Virus record (IMG/VR): IMGVR_UViG_3300029813_000075
Location: 9,554-73,553 of that record
Length of the DNA stretch: 64,000 nt
Strand: one strand, 5' to 3'
From: a virus
Below are positions 9,237 to 17,352 of the stretch, piece by piece (position 1 is the first letter of the stretch; every line of letters begins with the position of its first letter). The notes under the pieces are model-generated. The model did no database searches. It saw only the letters and a program-made list of their open reading frames with translations, and was not told where the DNA came from. Made by a program: the position numbers and the translations under genes.

Positions 9237-9982
9237 AAGTCTGAGAGCTTTGCCTGGTCGTGCAACGGAAATTCAATGCCTAGCCTTCGCGCAAGATTTA
9301 CTGATCGTAGCCACGTCATTGGTTCCTTTTTTCTCATACCAGGAAAGACACAAAATACAGGACATATGTTACACCCTGTACTCTGGATTCCGCCAAAGCC
9401 ATGTTCATCCAGAATCATGTCGACATCCCTATCCGAGCAGTCACGGAGAGGATAGTAATACATCCGACTGTTACGCTTGTGAACTCGAATGAGTGTATCC
9501 TGATTACGTAGTTCGGCCATCCGAAATCTTCTCATCTTCGCCCCATCAGAACCCTTGAGACCAAGTACCAGCACCACATCATCATCGAGCAAATCTATGT
9601 AATTGTCCATTGGCTTCTTCTTCAGCACATGACAACAATAGAAGTAATTCTTGTAAAATTTCCCTGTATCCTTCTTCTTCTTCAAAACCCGGGGGATCTG
9701 TTTGAATGACTCCTGAAGTATGTCTCTGATTGGCCTGTCACCATCATATTTCGTAGTCACAAGTTCATAGCCTGTCAACTCTTGAAGTCGGTGCAGAACA
9801 TCTTTGGCTCCACCTCTATTTAGACCAGTATCATTGAATGCCATGACTACATCCTTAATGTCAACATTCCAAGCTTCAAGCACCATAGCTGTTGAGTCAC
9901 GACCACCACTTGCCAAAATCACCACCTTGCGATTGGTTGGTAATTGGCTATAGTCGGGTCTATGAACAACCATTCCTCTCAA
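9224..9982 (-). CDS. PAPS-reductase-family (PP-loop) protein with PIP-like C-terminus
   Basis: ASGGRDS PP-loop, NDTG, CCHVLKKKP, LGLKGSDG..R, YPL.D, TGCNICP; ends QAKLSDFCNG. Confidence 0.88.
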   Translation of the reverse strand: MRGMVVHRPDYSQLPTNRKVVILASGGRDSTAMVLEAWNVDIKDVVMAFNDTGLNRGGAKDVLHRLQELTGYELVTTKYDGDRPIRDILQESFKQIPRVLKKKKDTGKFYKNYFYCCHVLKKKPMDNYIDLLDDDVVLVLGLKGSDGAKMRRFRMAELRNQDTLIRVHKRNSRMYYYPLRDCSDRDVDMILDEHGFGGIQSTGCNICPVFCVFPGMRKKEPMTWLRSVNLARRLGIEFPLHDQAKLSDFCNG

Positions 9983-10341
9983 TCTTCTTTAACAGTTGTA
10001 GGCTTAGAGTCAGATAACAGTTTGGTGAGCACGTCACCAGAGATCTCAAAGGAACCTGTTTCGAGCACAAGTTTAAGCTTTCTCTCAAACTCTTTCAGCT
10101 TTTCAATGCCATTATGTTGTGTCACAAGCAAAAATTCTGTTGTCTCAAAAGATTCTTGCAACAGATTGATCTCCTTCCATATCTGAACAGATGAAGATTC
10201 AAGTGTTTGGATTCTCTTCTCCTGCCCGAGTGCTGCTGATCCTTCAGTCATATTAGCCGCAGTGCGAAGATCTTTCATCTCATGTTCCATCTCGGCAATC
10301 CGTTTCCAAGGCCACAATTTCTTCCAAAAGCGCAAATCCAT
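9979..10341 (-). CDS. Hypothetical coiled-coil protein
   Basis: 120 aa, overlaps the next gene by 4 nt, heptad pattern. Confidence 0.6.
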   Translation of the reverse strand: MDLRFWKKLWPWKRIAEMEHEMKDLRTAANMTEGSAALGQEKRIQTLESSSVQIWKEINLLQESFETTEFLLVTQHNGIEKLKEFERKLKLVLETGSFEISGDVLTKLLSDSKPTTVKED

Positions 10342-10395
10342 TTTGATTCACTCAATTCTTGACACCGAAATATTATACCGATTGACTTATAATAT

Positions 10396-10410
10396 TTACG
10401 GGACTCGTAA
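10396..10410. promoter_or_regulatory. Palindromic site TTACG-N5-CGTAA, copy 2
   Basis: TTACG-ggact-CGTAA between divergent ORFs 10341(-) and 10419(+), next to TTATAATA. Confidence 0.65.
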
Positions 10411-10418
10411 TAACTACC

Positions 10419-10643
10419 ATGCCAACTCCCAAAGACCTCATTAGGGACATTGACAGACTTCTTGCTGATGCAATGTCACCACTCACATTCATGAGACATG
10501 TTCTAAGTGAAGGTTCCCACACTGGAAGCATAGAAATAAACCCAGACCAATGGGATACGATGATTACCAGTTCAATTCGCAAGCTTGAAGAAATGCGCGA
10601 CAGAGTGAAACGCTATGCCAAAGAAAGAAAGAAAGTGGCTTGA
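10419..10643 (+). CDS. Hypothetical protein
   Basis: 74 aa, first gene of the plus-strand operon. Confidence 0.6.
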   Translation: MPTPKDLIRDIDRLLADAMSPLTFMRHVLSEGSHTGSIEINPDQWDTMITSSIRKLEEMRDRVKRYAKERKKVA

Positions 10644-10797
10644 CTACCAGTGCTGGTCAATCTGCTTCATTTGTCTCTTTGTAGCACTAGCATTCATATC
10701 TTGGGCAATACAAGGTATTAATAGCGTCACAGGTTACTTATTCTTCGGAATGGCATGTCTAGTATTCCTGATCTGGTACAAACTCACTTTCAGGTGA
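10615..10797 (+). CDS. Small membrane protein, 2 predicted TM helices
   Basis: Two hydrophobic stretches; tiles within the operon (start may be slightly downstream). Confidence 0.55.
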   Translation: MPKKERKWLDYQCWSICFICLFVALAFISWAIQGINSVTGYLFFGMACLVFLIWYKLTFR

Positions 10798-10803
10798 CAA
10801 CAA

Positions 10804-10869
10804 TGGTCAGTCGGTCTGCGCTCTCCCAGGCGACACACTTGATGCTTTGTGTGTCTGAACGACTGACCA
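10804..10869. other. Nested inverted-repeat element
   Basis: TGGTCAGTCG...CGACTGACCA (10 bp perfect) enclosing GACACAC...GTGTGTC (7 bp perfect). Confidence 0.6.
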
Positions 10870-10884
10870 CCTTATGGTGATCAC

Positions 10885-11166
10885 ATGACAACAGAAGAAA
10901 CAGAAGCTGGCAACACAATTATTGAAGCTATGATGGCCGATGGTATGTCCAAACAGGATATCTCAGAATCTTTTGATCTAAGACGCAAAGGTCATGACAT
11001 ACTGATTGCATTTTTGAATGACGATGAAAATGATGATTCACTAAAAATGATGATATCATGGCAACCAATGACCGAGAAAGAAAGAGCCGATGAAAAGTTG
11101 CATGAAGAGTTGTACGGTAATTGGCAAGAAGTGCTGAAGTCAAATAGAGAGGGAACCCTACCATGA
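10885..11166 (+). CDS. Hypothetical acidic protein
   Basis: 93 aa, GGTGA RBS upstream, ATGA overlap with the methyltransferase. Confidence 0.65.
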   Translation: MTTEETEAGNTIIEAMMADGMSKQDISESFDLRRKGHDILIAFLNDDENDDSLKMMISWQPMTEKERADEKLHEELYGNWQEVLKSNREGTLP

Positions 11167-12890
11167 CAGAAATACCATCCTACCAAGAAGCCATTGCTAA
11201 GCCCGACAAAATACTCGAGTTTCAAGCGACTGCCGGACTCAAGTTCGGTTCCTGGAGCATGTTCTTCAATGACGACTCAGTCTCTCATCCTGCAAAGATG
11301 AACTTGAGAATGTTAGAATGGATCATTGAGAACTACAGCAAATCAGGCGATCTTATCATGGACATGTTTGCAGGCACCGGATCTACGCTAATTATGGCAT
11401 CCAGAAAGGGAAGAGATGCAATTGGCGTTGAGCTTGAACAACACTTCATTGATACCATGATTGTTCCTAACGTCAAAGCTTCACAGTCACAGACTTTGCT
11501 GTCGGGAGAGCTAGGGAAAATTATGATTGTGAAAGGTGACTCGAGGCGACTCGATCTAATCATTCCTCAGGCAATTGATGCCATTGTTACTTCCCCACCT
11601 TATGCTGGCACCAAGGCATTCGCTGACAAACAATGGATGATTGACAACATACCTGAGATCGAACAGAGAATCCGAGAAGGCAAAACAAAGGGCAACCCAA
11701 GATCACCAAAAGCCGAAATCAAGCACTTAGAAAAAATCAAAGATACAGAACATCCAGATAGCATTGACAACATTGACAACTATGGTCAGGTTGACACAAT
11801 TGTCAGCAGCCCACCTTACTCCGAAGCACTCAGCGTCAAAGCAGGTGGCGGAAGTAAAGACGTTCTTGAAGGCAAGGGAATAAAAGGTCGAGGTAAGTCC
11901 AGCGTACCCGTTCCGTATAGTGAGGGAGAAGATAACATTGGCAACCTAAAACATGGTCAGGTCGATGCTGTATTCAGCAGCCCCCCTTATGGTAAAATGG
12001 AAATGTCCAAGAAATTCAAGTCTGAAGCAGAGAAACTGGCATGGGCAGAGAAACAGTCCCTCATCAATGGCAGGTCAGTAAAGGCTGTACTTGCCAACCT
12101 GGATCGTTGGAAAGATTGGGGCGAAAACACTGACAACTTGGGCAACATGGAACATGGCAATATCGACACTGTGATATCAAGCCCACCTTACGGTGCCATG
12201 CTCAGTAAAAGGTCTGGTGGAGATGATCGGCCTGAAGCCATGCGTAGAGTAATGGAAGAAAATTGGGGATACTCACCAAAAATGGTCGAAAAGATACTAG
12301 CGGGTGAGACCAACGTTGGTGCATTCGTCACAAGACGTGGCTACAACTACTCCGGTGACGATGCCAACATAGGCAACCTGCCTACTGGTGAGATTGACTC
12401 TGTGATATCAAGCCCGCCATATGAAGGGTCTCTTGAAAATCGTGGTGGCACTCAACAGAAGTTCAAGCAAGAGAAAGGCACTCCTGCACCATATTCCAAA
12501 GACCCTGAAAACATTGGCAACAAAACTGGCGAGACCTATCTTGAGGCCATGTTCAAAGTGTACTTGGGTTGTTGGCTGGTGATGAAAGAAGGCGGCACAA
12601 TGGTGATTGTGGTCAAGAACTTTGTCAGGAAGGGCAAGCCTGTCAGACTGGATCTTGATACCATCAAACTCTGTGAGGCCGCTGGATTCAAGCTTGCTGA
12701 TCGATGGTGGTTCAGATTGCCTTTCAGATCCTTCTGGACAATCCAGCACACCAAGAAGTGGGCAATTGCACATCCTGACTCAAAGGAGCATCCATATGCC
12801 ATTTTTGAAGATGTTCTTGTCTTTGAGAAGGTGATTTCAAGCAAGACTTTACTTTTACTCCCCGAGATATGGAGTGATCAGATTGCCTGA
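11163..12890 (+). CDS. Amino (N4-C/N6-A) DNA methyltransferase with five tandem SPPY modules
   Basis: HPAKM, motif I DMFAGTGST, GVELE; five D.(V/I).(T/S)SPPY motifs; single C-terminal MKEGGTMVIVVKN...EDVLVFEK. Confidence 0.9.
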   Translation: MTEIPSYQEAIAKPDKILEFQATAGLKFGSWSMFFNDDSVSHPAKMNLRMLEWIIENYSKSGDLIMDMFAGTGSTLIMASRKGRDAIGVELEQHFIDTMIVPNVKASQSQTLLSGELGKIMIVKGDSRRLDLIIPQAIDAIVTSPPYAGTKAFADKQWMIDNIPEIEQRIREGKTKGNPRSPKAEIKHLEKIKDTEHPDSIDNIDNYGQVDTIVSSPPYSEALSVKAGGGSKDVLEGKGIKGRGKSSVPVPYSEGEDNIGNLKHGQVDAVFSSPPYGKMEMSKKFKSEAEKLAWAEKQSLINGRSVKAVLANLDRWKDWGENTDNLGNMEHGNIDTVISSPPYGAMLSKRSGGDDRPEAMRRVMEENWGYSPKMVEKILAGETNVGAFVTRRGYNYSGDDANIGNLPTGEIDSVISSPPYEGSLENRGGTQQKFKQEKGTPAPYSKDPENIGNKTGETYLEAMFKVYLGCWLVMKEGGTMVIVVKNFVRKGKPVRLDLDTIKLCEAAGFKLADRWWFRLPFRSFWTIQHTKKWAIAHPDSKEHPYAIFEDVLVFEKVISSKTLLLLPEIWSDQIA

Positions 12891-12895
12891 CCATT

Positions 12896-13153
12896 TTGAC
12901 TGCCCTAAATGCGGGCACCCTTGTGGAGAAGAGACAATATACTCCTGCTCCAGACTGCAATGCCCAAAATGTGGGACTGTCTTTGAACCCGAGGAAGACT
13001 GATAGAATGACAGATGAATGTAAGGGAGATCAGACCAGCGCCACTCACCTGCCAGGAATTTACCGCGATGGCGTAATCAGATGCATATACTGTGGGCTTG
13101 TTCAATCTCCCTACTACAAAATCCATACTAAGAGTGATACAGATGCCAGTTGA
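12896..13153 (+). CDS. Hypothetical Cys-containing protein
   Basis: 85 aa with CIYCG; tiles within the operon. Confidence 0.5.
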   Translation: MTALNAGTLVEKRQYTPAPDCNAQNVGLSLNPRKTDRMTDECKGDQTSATHLPGIYRDGVIRCIYCGLVQSPYYKIHTKSDTDAS

Positions 13154-13361
13154 CAAATACGAAGCCATGTATAAAGATCTCAAAGATCTAATTGAAGATG
13201 TTGAATATCTGTACGAAACTGGAATGAATGATACCCCAAATCCTGTCCCTAGCAGCTGTCAGAGTCATTACACATTCTTCAAGGCTATGGTTAAGGCCAC
13301 ATATAACAAAGCCAAAAGACTGAGAACGAAATGGATAGGAAATAGTAACAATGCCAATTGA
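13143..13361 (+). CDS. Hypothetical protein
   Basis: ATG at 13143 (track extends to 13092); helical; overlaps the next gene. Confidence 0.55.
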   Translation: MPVDKYEAMYKDLKDLIEDVEYLYETGMNDTPNPVPSSCQSHYTFFKAMVKATYNKAKRLRTKWIGNSNNAN

Positions 13362-14094
13362 AGCAACAGTCAAGAATCAATTGGTACTTAGTCTCTTCCC
13401 AGGCATAGATATCTTCGGACATGCCTTTGAACTCGAGGGATTCTGTGTTGTCCAAGGTCCAGAGATTGAATTTGGGCGTGACATTAAGACCTGGAACATT
13501 GTTCCTGGCTTTTTCACTGGCCTCATAGGTGGCCCACCATGTCAAATGTATTCCCCCGCCGCCCAAGGTAGTAGCCCTGCTGAAGATATGATACCCGAGT
13601 TTGTGTATGCTGTTGTTATTGCACAACCACAATGGCTTGTCATGGAAAACGTGCGACAGGCACCAGTGCCACAGATCCCTGGCTACGCCATTAGATCAAC
13701 ACTGATAGATGCCTGGCACTATGGAGCTAGACAAAAGAGGATCAGAAGATTCACCTTTGGTTACAAGACCCCAGACGGTGAACTGAGAACATTCCCATTT
13801 GTGGAAGAACCACCACTAAACATCAGAGATCGAGACCCCGATCCGTTCCCCACTGTGACAGCAACTGAGCACAAGTTCAGCAAGAAGCACGATGAACCAA
13901 GAAAGGCAAGTCGTAAGATCGGTAGAACACTCCAAGTGGAAGAGATCATGTGCCTCATGGGTGTACCTGATTGGCCTGAGATGCTTGACATAAAGCGCAG
14001 ATCACAATCAAAGATGTTTGGCAATGGTGTCGAACTTCATGCTGGCAGAGTTGTAGCTCGAGCCATCAAGAGGGGGCTAGAATACTTACCATGA
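13351..14094 (+). CDS. C5-cytosine DNA methyltransferase
   Basis: LSLFPG (motif I variant), GGPPCQ, MENV, QKRIRR, FGNGV. Confidence 0.9.
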   Translation: MPIEATVKNQLVLSLFPGIDIFGHAFELEGFCVVQGPEIEFGRDIKTWNIVPGFFTGLIGGPPCQMYSPAAQGSSPAEDMIPEFVYAVVIAQPQWLVMENVRQAPVPQIPGYAIRSTLIDAWHYGARQKRIRRFTFGYKTPDGELRTFPFVEEPPLNIRDRDPDPFPTVTATEHKFSKKHDEPRKASRKIGRTLQVEEIMCLMGVPDWPEMLDIKRRSQSKMFGNGVELHAGRVVARAIKRGLEYLP

Positions 14095-14195
14095 TAGACT
14101 CAGAGTTTCTATTCAGTGGGTTCGTGATTGGATTCTTTCTCTTGACTCTTCTAGCAATTGCTGTCTGTGGCATTCTATGGTGGATAGAACGATGA
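14091..14195 (+). CDS. 34-aa single-TM peptide, not in track
   Basis: MIDSEFLFSGFVIGFFLLTLLAIAVCGILWWIER; ATGA overlaps with both neighbours. Confidence 0.6.
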   Translation: MIDSEFLFSGFVIGFFLLTLLAIAVCGILWWIER

Positions 14196-14803
14196 AATGT
14201 ATTGACCTCTTCTCTGGACTTGGAGGCTTCTCAGAAGCATTCATAAATCGTGGACATGATGTACTCAGAATAGACAATGATAATCGTTTCAAAGATATAC
14301 CTTACACGACTATCAAAGATGTTGGAACCCTCACATCAACCGAACTCCAAGGTGCATACATCATATTGGCATCCCCACCATGTACTCATTTTTCTGTTGC
14401 TTCTGTTTACAGGCATTGGCCGAAGGGTGTACCTACTAAAGCAACATTAAAACAAATAAATCTAGTAAAATACACCATCAAAATAATCAAAGAGGCCAAA
14501 CCAAAATATTGGATTATGGAGAACCCCATAGGCAAACTAAGAAAAGTGATAGGAACCCCCCCACTCACTGTATATATGTGTGCATGGGGGAAAAAGGCAA
14601 AGAAGCCAACTGATCTCTGGGGGCAACTCCCACCAATAGATATCAAAATGCCGATGAAATGGCAAAAAGCACCAAGAGGCTCTAAGTTAGGGGTTCAAGG
14701 TTATCATGATCCTGCTGCTGCTGCCATGATTCCTTATGATTTCTCATTGGCTGTATGCCTAGCAGCAGAAGGCAACAGCCCACAACAAACTCTCGAAATC
14801 TGA
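14192..14803 (+). CDS. Short C5-cytosine DNA methyltransferase-like protein
   Basis: IDLFSGLGGFS, ASPPCTHFS, IMENP; likely start ATG 14192; ends QQTLEI. Confidence 0.85.
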   Translation: MKCIDLFSGLGGFSEAFINRGHDVLRIDNDNRFKDIPYTTIKDVGTLTSTELQGAYIILASPPCTHFSVASVYRHWPKGVPTKATLKQINLVKYTIKIIKEAKPKYWIMENPIGKLRKVIGTPPLTVYMCAWGKKAKKPTDLWGQLPPIDIKMPMKWQKAPRGSKLGVQGYHDPAAAAMIPYDFSLAVCLAAEGNSPQQTLEI

Positions 14804-14839
14804 CAGGCTGGTAATCAAAAATGATTATATTCTACCTGT

Positions 14840-15097
14840 TCATTCATTGAACCGAGCATCCAAATCTGCAGTACCGTTGAGATAGAAGAGTAAGTTGTCC
14901 TCTTCACAATACCAACCAATATGCTTACGCCTTGGTTTGGATCCATGCCCTTGGTCAATGGTCAACTTCTTGACAGGATTCTTACACACATTGCACAAGG
15001 GTTTCATGTGGGTTCGCGGATATCGTTGCTTGATCTTCCAGATCTCGTTTGGGTCTGTGATCAACCTCTCGTTTCTTGGTCTGCCCACTTTAGACAA
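14840..15097 (-). CDS. Small zinc-finger protein, paralogue of 17710-17892
   Basis: KPLCNVC..P...IDQG...GWYCEED.LFY..G..D. Confidence 0.65.
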   Translation of the reverse strand: MSKVGRPRNERLITDPNEIWKIKQRYPRTHMKPLCNVCKNPVKKLTIDQGHGSKPRRKHIGWYCEEDNLLFYLNGTADLDARFNE

Positions 15098-15353
15098 ATC
15101 CTAACCGCTCCTTCAATTTTCGCCACCTGGATTTTATAGGGCGATACCATCCCCACCCAATTCTTTCGAGAGCACGTTTCAGTGTGTTGAAATTGACCAT
15201 TGCTATCCTAGCGTCTCCAAACTTTCTTGTCATTAGAGGGTGAACACTGCTACTTGTGTACAAGTATATGGTGCCACCAATTCTAACAAGCTTGATTCTA
15301 CCAATCTCAAAGGTATCATCTGAATCACTTGACTTAACATATTTAGGTGCCAT
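15090..15353 (-). CDS. Hypothetical protein
   Basis: 87 aa; tiles within the minus-strand operon. Confidence 0.55.
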   Translation of the reverse strand: MAPKYVKSSDSDDTFEIGRIKLVRIGGTIYLYTSSSVHPLMTRKFGDARIAMVNFNTLKRALERIGWGWYRPIKSRWRKLKERLGFV

Positions 15354-15359
15354 TCAGCA

Positions 15360-15680
15360 TCACCAATTCCCCGTACTATCAGTACTCTGCCAACTAGATT
15401 GAAGAAATGATGAGGCAGCATTCGTGTCTGTATATGTTGCTGTAGCAGTTGCACTTGTTGAATAATAATTAACAGAAATCATCTGAGCACTAGAGCGCCA
15501 CCTATCTTCTGTGATTACTCCATTCACACAATACCTGTAATGTTCATGCCCACAGTTAGGACATGTTATTGTGAGGTTGCCAGTGGCATGTCTATTTATG
15601 CTCACTCTCACCATCTGTCTGCAGTTCGTACAGCCCAACGTTGCCGAATGCCTATCCTGCAAATCCATATCTTCACTCAT
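15360..15680 (-). CDS. Zinc-ribbon protein with Ser/Thr-rich tail
   Basis: CTNC...CPNCGHEH. Confidence 0.65.
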   Translation of the reverse strand: MSEDMDLQDRHSATLGCTNCRQMVRVSINRHATGNLTITCPNCGHEHYRYCVNGVITEDRWRSSAQMISVNYYSTSATATATYTDTNAASSFLQSSWQSTDSTGNW

Positions 15681-15683
15681 TCT

Positions 15684-16022
15684 TCAAGCCATCTCCCGTT
15701 TCTCTCTGAACTCCTGCTTGTCGCAAGATCCGAAGGGCAGTACCTCAATCCATTTGGCCCTCTCTGTCACAAAATCAAACTTCTTGCTGTCCCTCTCAAA
15801 GGCAGCCTGAAGTATCTCAGGATTCTTACAGTAGTATTCAACCTGGCAACGATAGCTTGCAAAGCTCGCACTCGAAAAAGTGCATGAAGCACAACACTTC
15901 ACATGACAGTAAGACGCTTCTATCTCACAGACTCCGAAGTCAAATCCTGTTATGCCTTTCTTGGCACATCCTAGTCCTTGGTCGGGTTCACTCATTTTCT
16001 CATGCCTCTTCTTGCCAGACAC
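15684..16022 (-). CDS. Cys-rich hypothetical protein
   Basis: CCASC...YYCKNP; tiles within the operon. Confidence 0.55.
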   Translation of the reverse strand: MSGKKRHEKMSEPDQGLGCAKKGITGFDFGVCEIEASYCHVKCCASCTFSSASFASYRCQVEYYCKNPEILQAAFERDSKKFDFVTERAKWIEVLPFGSCDKQEFREKREMA

Positions 16023-16416
16023 AGGCTTTGCATTTTATCCACCTGTATTCATCACCCAAGTCTGGATCAATGGCCGAATGAAAACAGTCCTTGGTAAGTT
16101 TGGCCCCACAGTTCGGACAGTGAAGTATATCGTTAAGGTTTATCTCAATCGTTCCCACTTCATCATCCACCTTTGGTTGCAGAGCAGATTTGCCTTCAAA
16201 CTTTTTCTGACTCATTCTCTGACTCAGCACCGCATCAACAAAGAGGTTCATCACTCTTCCAAGTTCCAGTGTCAATGATCGTTCTATATCCATGATAACA
16301 ATCACGATGTTGTCACCAATGCCGTTCTCTTCTCTGTACTTGTTCCAGAAGTCTGCTACATCGTTCTGGATCTTCGGTGTCACCATTTCCTTCCACATAC
16401 TATCTGATTTTTCCAT
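16000..16416 (-). CDS. Hypothetical protein with C-terminal zinc ribbon
   Basis: CPNCG...CKAC; GGAG RBS. Confidence 0.65.
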   Translation of the reverse strand: MEKSDSMWKEMVTPKIQNDVADFWNKYREENGIGDNIVIVIMDIERSLTLELGRVMNLFVDAVLSQRMSQKKFEGKSALQPKVDDEVGTIEINLNDILHCPNCGAKLTKDCFHSAIDPDLGDEYRWIKCKACVWQEEA

Positions 16417-16441
16417 AGATTATCCCCAACTCCTTCTCTGG

Positions 16442-16720
16442 TCATTCATTCTGTACTACAATCCTCTTTGGTCTGATAGTTACTGTGATATCAATTGGCC
16501 CTTGGAGATACTTCACATCTCGTGCTGGTCTGCCTGCTAGAATCTCAAACGGACCCGGATAATTTACCTCAATGTTGTTGATAATACTGACTTGGCACGC
16601 AAACGGTATCTCAATATCATCAATGAACACCTTGAACGTTTCATTATCACTATTCCTAACTATCTTCAACTCTTCAGGATTTTTCGTTCCCACGTCAAAT
16701 TTACTTTCTTGTTTTTCCAT
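16442..16720 (-). CDS. Hypothetical beta-rich protein
   Basis: 92 aa; start region shared with neighbours. Confidence 0.6.
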   Translation of the reverse strand: MEKQESKFDVGTKNPEELKIVRNSDNETFKVFIDDIEIPFACQVSIINNIEVNYPGPFEILAGRPARDVKYLQGPIDITVTIRPKRIVVQNE

Positions 16721-16723
16721 AGA

Positions 16724-16897
16724 TTATCCCTTCTGTGAAACTATCATTACGGTTAGTCCTAGTACTATCAATGCACCAACGGCAAGCATTGTCTCAGTCC
16801 CAAGTATTTTGTGTCCCAATATCACAATACCGATGTATAACATACTGCAACCAAACATGAAAGCATGATCTCTGTTGAATTTAATTTCAGGTGCCAT
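16724..16897 (-). CDS. 57-aa two-TM protein, not in track
   Basis: MAPEIKFNRDHAFMFGCSMLYIGIVILGHKILGTETMLAVGALIVLGLTVMIVSQKG; GGAG RBS. Confidence 0.65.
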   Translation of the reverse strand: MAPEIKFNRDHAFMFGCSMLYIGIVILGHKILGTETMLAVGALIVLGLTVMIVSQKG

Positions 16898-16920
16898 AGA
16901 TTATCTCCAACTCCTGTTCG

Positions 16921-17352
16921 TCACTCATTCTTCAACCACTCCTTGCCGTCAACCACTCCATCTGTCGTCAGCACTGCAACCTTAAGTCCAAACTCAACCG
17001 CCTCTTTGACGGCATTTCTGACCCACCATCTTCTATGTCTTGACCAAGATTCACGCCCGGGCAACAGATTGATTTCAATCTCTTTGCCTGCCAACATATC
17101 ATAGATCAAATCCTCTTGATACGGTTGCAATGTGGTATTGAAATATTTCTGAGCAAACTTGTTCATATGAAAGAACTTGACTATGCCTTCGACCCAAACA
17201 CCAAGGTACTGACCATCAAGACAAGTGACTCGAAGATTTGCTCGCACGAACTCCTTGCCATCTTCTTCCACAGTCCTTACTGTCCACTCAGCTCTGTGCC
17301 ACCGTGAATTTAGATCCCTTTTACAGACAGGGCATTTATCACACAGGGGCAT
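16921..17352 (-). CDS. Hypothetical protein; C-terminal half resembles a decayed terminase/helicase N-terminus
   Basis: CDKCPVC at start; F...LQPYQEDLI...EINLLPGRES in place of a GxxGKS P-loop. Confidence 0.5.
   Translation of the reverse strand: MPLCDKCPVCKRDLNSRWHRAEWTVRTVEEDGKEFVRANLRVTCLDGQYLGVWVEGIVKFFHMNKFAQKYFNTTLQPYQEDLIYDMLAGKEIEINLLPGRESWSRHRRWWVRNAVKEAVEFGLKVAVLTTDGVVDGKEWLKNE

Noticed and set aside
10805-10872. tRNA or C/D-box sRNA
   Set aside because: Acceptor-like stem ends ACCT, with no TTCRA loop or anticodon arm; only a D-like CTGA and an imperfect internal TGATGC, with no 5' box C.
11577-12420. CRISPR-like array (short repeats with unique spacers)
   Set aside because: Repeats are in-frame codons varying at synonymous sites, and the 170-230 nt spacing is far longer than CRISPR spacers. 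No true array was seen anywhere in the window.
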